This document shows positions 55,865 to 64,000 of a stretch of DNA of 64,000 nucleotides, piece after piece; within the stretch, counting starts at the first letter, position 1, and each line of letters starts with the position of its first letter. The stretch is from positions 43,608 through 107,607 of the forward strand of contig CAYUVA010000006.1 in NCBI GenBank assembly GCA_964448115.1, written 5' to 3'. This DNA comes from an uncultured bacterium (GTDB taxonomy: Bacteria > CAYUVA01). The translations under genes were made by a program, and so were the position numbers. The notes under the pieces were generated by a model that saw only the letters and a list, made by a program, of their open reading frames with translations, was not told where the DNA came from and did not search any database.

Positions 55865-56998
55865 ATGAACTATGATCGCATCTATCGGCTTGCAACCAAC
55901 TTGTATAGCGGAGCGCAGAGATATCTTATTCCAGCCGGCTGGGCATATCGTCCCTTATCGGTCATAATGGTTGTTACGCTAAGGTGTAATTTTAGGTGCT
56001 CAATGTGCTTCATCAACAAGGAGAATGCTCTTAGTAGCGATCAGACAGAGGTTCCAGCCAGGGAGCTATCCAGGGATAGCATCCTTAGCTTCATAAATAA
56101 ACTACCTCGATACACCATCCTGACTTTCACCGGCGGTGAGCCTTACATGCGCAAGGATTTCGATGAGATACTCCAAGCCACGGCAACAAGGCATCCATGT
56201 CATATAATTACCAACGGAATGCTGCTTAATGATTCGAGGATCCAACAACTGGTCGAGCTTAGGCAAAAGGGAGCATTTTCGCCGGGTGTGGCACTGGTAG
56301 GTGTTTCCTTGCTTGGACCTCGTGATGTACACGATGATCTATGCAAGGTAAAAGGCTCTTTTGAGCAGGTAGTTGACCAGACCGTGCTTCTCAGCGACAT
56401 GGCGCATCACCAGGATAGTTTGAAGCCCTTAATAGACCTAAAGGTTGTGGTAACAGCCGACAACTATGAATCATTACCCGAACTACTGCCGACCATCCGC
56501 AAGATAAAACCAAGATATCTCACCCTTCAAGCCGAGTCCCAGATAAGCTATTACTGGTACACGCCGATTCCTAAGCATAATCAGGATGTGAACCACCTGG
56601 ATGCAACCGCCTTTGATAGGTATCCCCCGGCAACACACATACCTGATATCTATACATTGAAGCGAAACATCGAGGCGATAAGGCAGGGATTAAAAGGACA
56701 GGGAACTAGGCTACGCCTGTATCCTCATGCACCTTTGGAGCGATTTATCGAACAATTCGATAAGCCGCTGACCGGCAGGTATCACTGTAGTATTCCCTGG
56801 TACACGATGGTGGTCGATGCTGCCGGCAATGTAGGTAACTGTATCGATGGAGTCTATGGCAACATAAGCGAATATTATGAAGATCCCTTGAGGATGTTCA
56901 ATCATCCCCGGATGCGTGCCTTTCGTAAGCTCTTAGGAAAACATCGCTTTTTCAAGGCTTGTCGTGGCTGCTGCTGGCTCGAGTACATGCCGTGGTAA
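55865..56998 (+). CDS. Radical SAM protein with C-terminal SPASM/twitch-like Cys cluster
   Basis: The N-terminal motif is VTLRCNFRCSMC. The C-terminus has CSIPW...NCIDG...CRGCCW. Confidence 0.7.
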   Translation: MNYDRIYRLATNLYSGAQRYLIPAGWAYRPLSVIMVVTLRCNFRCSMCFINKENALSSDQTEVPARELSRDSILSFINKLPRYTILTFTGGEPYMRKDFDEILQATATRHPCHIITNGMLLNDSRIQQLVELRQKGAFSPGVALVGVSLLGPRDVHDDLCKVKGSFEQVVDQTVLLSDMAHHQDSLKPLIDLKVVVTADNYESLPELLPTIRKIKPRYLTLQAESQISYYWYTPIPKHNQDVNHLDATAFDRYPPATHIPDIYTLKRNIEAIRQGLKGQGTRLRLYPHAPLERFIEQFDKPLTGRYHCSIPWYTMVVDAAGNVGNCIDGVYGNISEYYEDPLRMFNHPRMRAFRKLLGKHRFFKACRGCCWLEYMPW

Positions 56999-57021
56999 GA
57001 TGGAACGAATATAGCAGTATC

Positions 57022-59391
57022 TTACTGAAATCTCAGCTCTACCAGCCCAACGGATAACCGCCTAGGATCATCGCTCATACCGAGAGCTTTCGGGGAGCGA
57101 GCCTTGGATGCAAACAGCTCGATGGTATTGATGCCCCTTACTATACAATTCCCGTTAAATCTAAAATAGTACTCCCTTATTTCAGGTTCGAGCTGGATAT
57201 TAAATTTCGCTTTGCGGTTGATGACTACGATTAGGTTTTGATCTTTTGCATCATAAGGAAATGGAAGAGCCTTGATTATCATCTGGTCTATCTCATTGTT
57301 TGTTGCGTAGAGGATAATTTCTCCCCGGAACCCTTCCATCCAGGTGCCGAAGGATTCGGGTTCAGAGAATCCCTTTACCAGGTAGCGTTTGCTTTCTTGG
57401 ATATTGAACTCGATGCGATTGTCCTTTACTTCAAGGTATTTCAGGTCCGAGATATCGGCGTTTGCCGTTGGATAATAAAGATGATCCGAGCCTTTTATAG
57501 CTATTGCCTTGAACAGTGGCAATCTTTCAATGATCGCCTCATACTGCCTGGGAGCAGTTTTGATTATGCTGCCGGTCTCCTTGTCCAAAGCGACCAGGTT
57601 CAATCCGGGAAGATCAGGGGATACCTGACGGCCATTAACATAGATATGTGCGAAATCTCCCATATCAAAGGCTCCGAGTTCGATTCTTATACCAGTCGGC
57701 ATCCTTGCGTTGAACATGCCTTGATAATCGTTGGGATAAAGGTTCACTGCACCGAGATTATCGATAGTTCTTATCATGCAGGTTCCCATCAGGTTGCCGA
57801 TGATACAAAACGGCTTGTCCGCGCTTCTATGGTTGAGATCATGGATGCACCCAAGCATCGACTCGAAATCGAGCAGCTCGCTCAGCCATCTTCTCCCCTG
57901 TTTACGCTCTGCTAGGAGTATTACCGCATCCCGCTCGAGATCGCTTAATGCCCGATAGACCGCCTGCCCGGGTGATGGCTGGCGAATACGCCGAAACAGC
58001 ATCTCATCGGCAATGCCGGCAGGCAACTTGTATGCGTAAGCCCGCATAGGCTGGTTAGGCTTTTCTATCGATCCAATAACAGGGATCCAAAGGTCATCTC
58101 GATATCGCATCACCGAAGATGCATAAGCGAGAGTCCAGTACCATTCCCATTGCACTGGCAGATAAACTGCCGCATTGAATCCCAGCGGATCGAGCATCTG
58201 GTGGATCAACCTCATGCCATCGGTTTGGGTCGATGCTTCTATGCTAGTAAGTTTCCCAGGAAGCATACCAATGCAACGGCTTATTACGATAAGGACGACC
58301 AGAACGGCGAGCCATCCATGGAGCTTTCTTTTATCCTGTAGTATCCATCGCAACGAGAAGGCAGCGAAAATGGCTAGTAGAGCAGTGGTGGGCAACAGGA
58401 AATACCTGATATCACTTATCGCATAGCCTAAGGCAAAGGCGACCTGCAAAAGGCACCCTATGCTCATCGCTAGCCAGATCATGGATCTACTTGCCAGGAG
58501 CAATGCAAAGCCGATTGATGCTAATAATAGGACGATAAATGGCATATCCCTTGTGATATAGATTCCGAAGAGTCGCAGCCGATCAGCGAGTTTCTCCAGC
58601 GGTAAGGCATATACAAGCTGACTGTATTGCCTGGCGGTTATGTGATGCAGCGCCCCTTTTAGTCTGCTCAGATCCTGCGGATACGCCGATTCGGGCAGCC
58701 TTATGAAGACAAACAAATAAACAGAGATCCCCATGAGAAAAAGTAAGACCAGGATGGGTGCTTTTCGGAGAAAAAACCGCCAATCTTTGATGACAATGAC
58801 AAGCGCACCCGGTAGCAAAAATGCTATGAAAGTGAGGTGGTGAGCAACTCCTAGCCCTGCAATGAAGCCTGATAGATATAATAATCGCTCTCTTCCAAAA
58901 TGAAGGTATGCATAAATGGAGGTTATAAAGAAAAGGGTCAATACCAGGTTTAACGAGTAAACCTCAGCCTGCATGCTCGATTCCAGGAATATACCCCCCG
59001 TGCCAACGAATATCGCTGCTCCGAGTGCACAAAACCAAGAGCCGGTGGCTAATAAAAGAAGATAATACGTCGCCTGCACCGCGATGGATGCAAACATTGC
59101 GTTGATGACATGAGCCTTGAAACAGGCAGAGCCAGTCGGAAGCAACATGCCAAATCGGGTCAACAGCACGGCGAGAGGATAGCCGGGGGGATGCAGAGGA
59201 TGCAATCGCCAGCTATTTACCGCTATCGAGGAGGTATCATAATAACCGATATCCTGGTTGATGGATAATAGGAAAAGCTGAAGAGCAACTAAAAACACCA
59301 CTGGAAGATGTTTAAGTGAGCAACCTGTCTTGGCTTGGTCTTTGCAGTCATATTTAATGCGCCGAGCTGGAAACATGGTTTTTTCAAGCAC
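57022..59391 (-). CDS. DUF2723-family GT-C membrane glycosyltransferase with large C-terminal extracytoplasmic domain
   Basis: The motif ...WRLHPLHPPGYPLAVLL is shared with the 46958 gene. An N-terminal roughly 450-aa polytopic region is present. Confidence 0.6.
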   Translation of the reverse strand: MLEKTMFPARRIKYDCKDQAKTGCSLKHLPVVFLVALQLFLLSINQDIGYYDTSSIAVNSWRLHPLHPPGYPLAVLLTRFGMLLPTGSACFKAHVINAMFASIAVQATYYLLLLATGSWFCALGAAIFVGTGGIFLESSMQAEVYSLNLVLTLFFITSIYAYLHFGRERLLYLSGFIAGLGVAHHLTFIAFLLPGALVIVIKDWRFFLRKAPILVLLFLMGISVYLFVFIRLPESAYPQDLSRLKGALHHITARQYSQLVYALPLEKLADRLRLFGIYITRDMPFIVLLLASIGFALLLASRSMIWLAMSIGCLLQVAFALGYAISDIRYFLLPTTALLAIFAAFSLRWILQDKRKLHGWLAVLVVLIVISRCIGMLPGKLTSIEASTQTDGMRLIHQMLDPLGFNAAVYLPVQWEWYWTLAYASSVMRYRDDLWIPVIGSIEKPNQPMRAYAYKLPAGIADEMLFRRIRQPSPGQAVYRALSDLERDAVILLAERKQGRRWLSELLDFESMLGCIHDLNHRSADKPFCIIGNLMGTCMIRTIDNLGAVNLYPNDYQGMFNARMPTGIRIELGAFDMGDFAHIYVNGRQVSPDLPGLNLVALDKETGSIIKTAPRQYEAIIERLPLFKAIAIKGSDHLYYPTANADISDLKYLEVKDNRIEFNIQESKRYLVKGFSEPESFGTWMEGFRGEIILYATNNEIDQMIIKALPFPYDAKDQNLIVVINRKAKFNIQLEPEIREYYFRFNGNCIVRGINTIELFASKARSPKALGMSDDPRRLSVGLVELRFQ

Positions 59392-59578
59392 TCCGAAAAA
59401 TCAAACGAGCATTAGCACTAATACTATCATCAATACCGATTATATCCACTCATTATCCCGGTTATTAAGCCGGGTTTTTCCTGGCATTTGCATCTTGATT
59501 ATCTGAAGGGGTAATATTTCTCTGTTTATGGCACGAGACTTTGGAAACATGAATGTTTAATGTGGAAAACGAAAGGGA

Positions 59579-61273
59579 TTGCAAATGTCATCCAAAAGCT
59601 CAAGACGAATAGTGATTATAGGCGGTGTAGCTACGGGTCCCAAGGCTGCTGCCCGGATAAGACGACTCGACCCAGATGCGGAGATAATAATAATCGAACA
59701 AGGAGAGTACTTCTCCTATGCATCCTGTGGATTGCCATACCTGGTTGCAGGTGCAGTGCCAGGCGTTTCCGATTTGCTCACCACCCCCTGGGGCGAAAAG
59801 CGAGATGCAGATTTCTTCAAGCGGACAAAGAATATCGAGGTGAGAAACTGTACCCGCGCCTTGAGCATCAATCGAGAGATGAAAGTGCTTAAGGTCGAGG
59901 ATCTACAAAATGGCAGTAAGTACGATTTGCCCTATGATAAGCTAGTAATTGCCACTGGAGCCGAGCCGGTAAAACTCGATATCCCGGTCGATGAATATGA
60001 GAATGTCTTCGGTGCCCACAGCATAGACCAGGCGCAACGAATAATCGATTACATCAATGATATGGATGTTGAAAATGCGGTTGTTGTCGGGGCAGGGCTT
60101 ATCGGACTGGAGATGGTCGATGCATTATCAGCCATGGCAGTTGAAGCGACTCTAATTGAATCTCAGCAACACATTGCACCCTATATCCTCGACCCCGAGA
60201 TGGCGACCTTGCTTAAAGCCAACCTGGAGAAGATGCAAGTAAAGGTTATCGCCGGTCAGCGAATCGTCGATCTCGAAGGTGAAAATAAAAGGGCAAATAC
60301 AGTGATTACCGATAAAAGCCGCCTCCAAACCGAGATGATCATCCTCTGTACCGGCATGAAACCGAATGTTCGGCTGGCTCAACAGGCAGGACTGAAAATA
60401 GGAGAAACTGGAGCTATCACGGTTAATCAATTCATGCAGACCAGCGATCCTGACATCTACGCCGGCGGTGATTGCATTGAAAATATCCATAAGATCACCG
60501 GCAAGCCCTATAATCAGCCCCTAAGCGGCTCTACAGCCAATCGGCATGGCAGGATCATCGGCAGCAATATCTGTGGTATAAAGGAGACGCTTCCACCGGT
60601 TGTAGGGACGGTTATCTTCAAGACTATGGGTATGAATATGGGCAAAGTAGGTCTTGGCGAAAGGGAGGCAATTAACCTTGGCTATGAGACCATTTGTGCC
60701 TATGCTCCTACAAAGGACAAGGCGCACTATTTCCCCGGTGGCAAGCCCTTTATTATAAAGCTGATCGCAGATAGAAAGACGCAAAGGCTGTTAGGTGCTC
60801 AATTCCTCGGCTCTGGGGAGATCTCCAAGCGCCTGGATGTGGTAGCCACCGCATTGTACCTGGGGGCGAGCATCGATGATCTTTCCTCGATTGAATTAGG
60901 TTATTCGCCACCTTTTAGTGGCGCGATACACGGGCTGACACATGCGGCAAACACCATGAGAAACAAAATCGAGCTCAATATTCCATCCATGCCCATTCAA
61001 AAGATAAAGCAAAAGATAAAACTAGGCGAGGATTTCATTTTGCTCGATGTGCGCACAACTGCCGAGTTCGACAAGGGAAGCATCAATGATCCTAGAACTA
61101 GAAATATACCACTTGACCAGCTTCGAGGTAGATTGAAAGAGCTTCCTTCTGACACGCAGATTATTACCTTCTGTAAGATTGGCGCGCGCGGATATGAGGC
61201 AGCAAAGCTACTCAGGGATTCTGGTCTCAGGAATGCTTGCTTTATGGACGGCGGCTTCGAGATGTGGTGGTGA
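59579..61273 (+). CDS. CoA-disulfide reductase/NADH oxidase-family flavoprotein fused to C-terminal rhodanese domain
   Basis: The FAD motif RIVIIGGVATG is present, as is the single redox Cys SYASCGLPY. The rhodanese domain has ...FILLDVRTTAEF...FCKIGARG. Confidence 0.75.
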   Translation: MQMSSKSSRRIVIIGGVATGPKAAARIRRLDPDAEIIIIEQGEYFSYASCGLPYLVAGAVPGVSDLLTTPWGEKRDADFFKRTKNIEVRNCTRALSINREMKVLKVEDLQNGSKYDLPYDKLVIATGAEPVKLDIPVDEYENVFGAHSIDQAQRIIDYINDMDVENAVVVGAGLIGLEMVDALSAMAVEATLIESQQHIAPYILDPEMATLLKANLEKMQVKVIAGQRIVDLEGENKRANTVITDKSRLQTEMIILCTGMKPNVRLAQQAGLKIGETGAITVNQFMQTSDPDIYAGGDCIENIHKITGKPYNQPLSGSTANRHGRIIGSNICGIKETLPPVVGTVIFKTMGMNMGKVGLGEREAINLGYETICAYAPTKDKAHYFPGGKPFIIKLIADRKTQRLLGAQFLGSGEISKRLDVVATALYLGASIDDLSSIELGYSPPFSGAIHGLTHAANTMRNKIELNIPSMPIQKIKQKIKLGEDFILLDVRTTAEFDKGSINDPRTRNIPLDQLRGRLKELPSDTQIITFCKIGARGYEAAKLLRDSGLRNACFMDGGFEMWW

Positions 61274-61297
61274 TACAGGCTTGAGGTTGGAGATTTT

Positions 61298-64000
61298 TTA
61301 GCTGCCGACCGCTATTTGCTGTTTACGCTTGAGTTGCTTTGTCTGAGCTGATATCGCCTCCACATAACCGGGATCAATCTTCAGTATATCGAGCTTTTCT
61401 TGGAGTAGATCCTTAAGTTCAAGCTCGCCGAGGCTTAGCATTCTAAGGTTGAAATGAGGGTTCTTATCCAATGCCATCGATCTAAAGCGAGTAAAATGAT
61501 TTACACAATCCTGGTAGCGATGTTCCATCCCATAGGCGATGCCAATAAGCAGGTAACTAAGCGGAGCCCCTTTCTCGGCGAGGTTCTGACTATCGATATA
61601 CTCTAATACCTTTTTGTAGGCGTTACCGCGCAATAGTTCGATGGCGAAGCGGAGCTTTTCCTTGTTGTTTTTGAAAAGTGCGCCGATGTCATACCCCCTG
61701 AGATACATTTCGCAGAGCCTTCCCCAATCACCAGTTTTATAATAAACCCTCGCCAGGGGATCATCGAATACGGCGGGATCGGGGCTGCGAAGCTGACATT
61801 GCTGGTAAAAAAACTTGGCAGGGCTGTAAAGATGCAGCCCATAAGCAATCCTGCCCATAAGGCGATGAATCTGGTATGCAATCCCCCCTATAGTGTATAT
61901 ACCTACCTTGTCGATAATCGCAGAGTCAACCGATCCAGGGCTATTGATAATCGATATCTTGCCAGCTATCCCAAGCTCAAGCTTAATCTTTCCAGCCTGC
62001 CAGAATAAGTACCTGCTATTGAAGCGCCCAAGCTCCTGATTATTATTCTTCACCAGCACTTCTGCTTTGGCTGGGGATTTACAGAATACTACCAGTCTTC
62101 TTGGATGCTTGGTTGGCTTGATTTCAAGGCTTATCCAGTCGCCGGGCTGAAGTTCCCAGCCATAATATGACTCGCCATGATAGTAGGGATCCTTTTTTAC
62201 AGGGAAGATTCTGCCTCCATTTTTGTAAAAATCGTGCTTGTCCTCAGCCTCGAAGACATGCTGCCTGAGGGTCGCTGCAAAAAATAAGATGATGACAACC
62301 AGGCTAAAAATAGCTAAAAAACAGGTGGAGCGTGCCAGATACAATGGATATTTATCAAGGCACGGCTTTTTGCGTATCACTAAGAAAAGTCCAAGGAGGA
62401 CTATCCCCAATAGTGCCATGATAATTCCAATGCCGTTTACTCGGATAAAGGAGGGGAATACTTGTGTGAAGGCGAGGCGGCTGCCGTCATCGAATATCTC
62501 GAAGAGTACACCAGTTCCATCAGCCATGTTTGCCCGCACATCTGGTATGCAATAGGATAGGGCTAATATAATTGATGATAGCAACATCAACGGCGGAAAT
62601 AGAGCCGATGAGATCGCTGGATATCGTTTTACCAAGGCAGCCAGGTAAAGACCGCCAAACGGGATAAGCAACCCAATATACCTCCCCGGTGGCGTGGGGG
62701 CGCTGTGCCACATCGGATGACACGAGTAAACAAAATATCCCAGAACAATGGCAGCCTTTATTATTCTATCAAGATGCCGATATTCCAGCCTTGCTAGTAA
62801 CATTCCCACTAACACTAGTCCTAAAACCGGGCTGTAGATCAGCAATCCAGCCTCCTGATCAAAGAGCAAGCCAAACAAGCCCCTTATCGCACTTGAATCA
62901 GGAAGGTAGTTTTTTAGCTGGTAGATGGCGCCAAAGCGTTTGAAAATGAGATCCCCCTTCAAGAGCGTTAAATCCCCTAGGATTATGATCCCAATCAAGG
63001 GGATCAGTGTTAGCAGTAGGTACAATCTAAGGGCACGCTTTTGGGCATGAGTCAATACAATAAGCGCACCGATAACCAAGGTCAAAGCCACCGGCGCATA
63101 TCGTATCTTCAAGACCATCAACCCTAGTGCTAGCAGTAATATAATTGTGGTCGCTCCAAGGATTTGCTTTAAGGTGGGATTTGATGAACCATGCTTCAAT
63201 AAAAGCGCCAACATGCCCCCCAAAATGAGCATTGCCACTGTCTCTGGATATATCTGGGTAGCTAACAGCCCAATGGGCATGGTAAAGGCGATCGCCGTCC
63301 AGGCAATTATGGATCCCCTCCCCTCGCCGATAACTTTTACATAGAGTCGGTAATAAACAGCCATTGCACAGGCTGAGATGATGGCAATGGTTAATGTGGC
63401 GCCTAGCCGCCCGAGAACCGCAAATAAAGGCAACAAGACCAGGGGAAACAAGACACCTAGCCCCTGAGAACGTATCTCCCCTTTTATGACTATATCAGAT
63501 GGCTTCGGCTCCAGTTCATACCAATAAAAATCTTGGTAGTCCTTATCTTGATAACCCCGATACTGATTTATGCTGCCGTCCTTCAGGATCGCATTAGTGA
63601 TCATCAGGTAATGTGGCTCATCGCCGGTTGTGCTATAAGATATGACCGCCAGGTGTGCGAGCGAAATATAGACTACAGTGCAGACAAGCAAAGCTTTAAG
63701 GAACCCATGTTTACTCGATGATTTGCTTGATGCCCCCAGGAGCCTTGAGGTGCAAAGAATGACAAAACCCGCTGCATAAGCCAGGTGAACTAGTTGAATG
63801 AAGAGTATCTGCGACCAGACCGATCGACTGGCAAATAATCCAATCAAAGGCAGAAGGCTGATATTTATCGAGCTTAACAATAAAGGGGATGGGGAACCTG
63901 GAAAAAACAAGGTCCTATGAAAAAAGGCTGCCAGCGGAAAAATGAATGACCATATAGCGATCAGATCAATAAAAGGCTTGGATCGTGCACAGAAGTGGAT
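61298..64000 (-). CDS. Large polytopic GT-C-like membrane protein (GDEPHYL loop motif) with C-terminal TPR region; 5' end beyond window
   Basis: The reading frame is open to 64000, and the ORF-track start at 63910 is a TTG. TPR-like repeats are present in the C-terminal 300 aa. Confidence 0.55.
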   Translation of the reverse strand: MHFCARSKPFIDLIAIWSFIFPLAAFFHRTLFFPGSPSPLLLSSINISLLPLIGLFASRSVWSQILFIQLVHLAYAAGFVILCTSRLLGASSKSSSKHGFLKALLVCTVVYISLAHLAVISYSTTGDEPHYLMITNAILKDGSINQYRGYQDKDYQDFYWYELEPKPSDIVIKGEIRSQGLGVLFPLVLLPLFAVLGRLGATLTIAIISACAMAVYYRLYVKVIGEGRGSIIAWTAIAFTMPIGLLATQIYPETVAMLILGGMLALLLKHGSSNPTLKQILGATTIILLLALGLMVLKIRYAPVALTLVIGALIVLTHAQKRALRLYLLLTLIPLIGIIILGDLTLLKGDLIFKRFGAIYQLKNYLPDSSAIRGLFGLLFDQEAGLLIYSPVLGLVLVGMLLARLEYRHLDRIIKAAIVLGYFVYSCHPMWHSAPTPPGRYIGLLIPFGGLYLAALVKRYPAISSALFPPLMLLSSIILALSYCIPDVRANMADGTGVLFEIFDDGSRLAFTQVFPSFIRVNGIGIIMALLGIVLLGLFLVIRKKPCLDKYPLYLARSTCFLAIFSLVVIILFFAATLRQHVFEAEDKHDFYKNGGRIFPVKKDPYYHGESYYGWELQPGDWISLEIKPTKHPRRLVVFCKSPAKAEVLVKNNNQELGRFNSRYLFWQAGKIKLELGIAGKISIINSPGSVDSAIIDKVGIYTIGGIAYQIHRLMGRIAYGLHLYSPAKFFYQQCQLRSPDPAVFDDPLARVYYKTGDWGRLCEMYLRGYDIGALFKNNKEKLRFAIELLRGNAYKKVLEYIDSQNLAEKGAPLSYLLIGIAYGMEHRYQDCVNHFTRFRSMALDKNPHFNLRMLSLGELELKDLLQEKLDILKIDPGYVEAISAQTKQLKRKQQIAVGS

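Noticed and set aside
63910-64000. ORF-track start at 63910 for the last gene.
   Set aside because: That codon is TTG, and the frame stays open to the window edge, so the gene is 5'-truncated by the window rather than starting there.
1-64000. Scan for tRNA, rRNA, tmRNA, RNase P, integrase or transposase signatures.
   Set aside because: None was found by eye. There are no T-loop GTTCGAATC-type motifs and no DDE/tyrosine recombinase-like ORFs.

Overview
This is a 64-kb chromosomal window of about 50% GC. It appears to come from an uncultivated, probably anaerobic bacterium, judged from the gene set: DUF4388, several DUF2723/TMTC-like membrane glycosyltransferases, an archaeal-type CcmE, and a tad pilus locus. 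No rRNA, tRNA, CRISPR, integrase or transposase was detected by eye.

The main blocks are:
- **Complex I operon (1.7-13.7 kb, minus strand).** The gene order is non-canonical, nuoB-C-D-E-F-G-I-A-[286-bp repeat-bearing spacer]-H-J-K-L-N. nuoA sits after nuoI and there is no nuoM. An OmpA-family gene and a truncated oxidoreductase lie at the left edge.
- **Phasin-like and NYN-domain genes (14-17.4 kb).** A phasin-like gene with an upstream palindrome sits next to a NYN-domain RNase gene. The NYN gene has an acidic tail and an attenuator-like leader.
- **Partial tad/Flp pilus locus (18.8-31 kb, minus strand).** It contains two Flp pilins (both below 60 aa, so absent from the ORF track), prepilin peptidase CpaA, four TadE/TadG-like pseudopilins, an unknown 342-aa protein, CpaB and the CpaC secretin. 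No ATPase or TadB/C is present in this locus. It continues into a DUF4390-like protein, an NtrY-like histidine kinase, a 505-aa protein with no recognisable domain, and a ROK kinase.
- **mnmA to fumarate hydratase alpha (31-40 kb).** mnmA, a six-hairpin glycoside hydrolase, a DUF4388/TPR gene, ccmE (CxxxY cysteine variant) and ccmF, a cyclase-family gene, and an orphan fumarate hydratase class I alpha subunit.
- **IVS-type four-helix-bundle cassette (40.2-40.7 kb).** A 23S-rRNA-intervening-sequence-type four-helix-bundle protein gene is flanked by perfect inverted (TTTAGGC)n heptamer arrays.
- **Envelope glycosylation-like island (40.7-64 kb).** At least five GT-C-fold membrane glycosyltransferases (PMT/ArnT-like and DUF2723/TMTC-like with TPR), a GH-A glycosidase, an FG-GAP lipoprotein, a B12-binding radical SAM, a SAM methyltransferase, a FadL-family outer-membrane protein, a radical SAM/SPASM enzyme, and a CoA-disulfide-reductase/rhodanese fusion.
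- **Dispersed intergenic repeats.** Several small repeat families recur: an 8-bp-period CTTTGYGY/CTTATCAC direct-repeat motif, a GGCTCGGAT inverted-repeat element with 18-bp flanking duplications, and long AT-rich palindromes.

All family assignments come from motif recognition by eye. No database search was possible.
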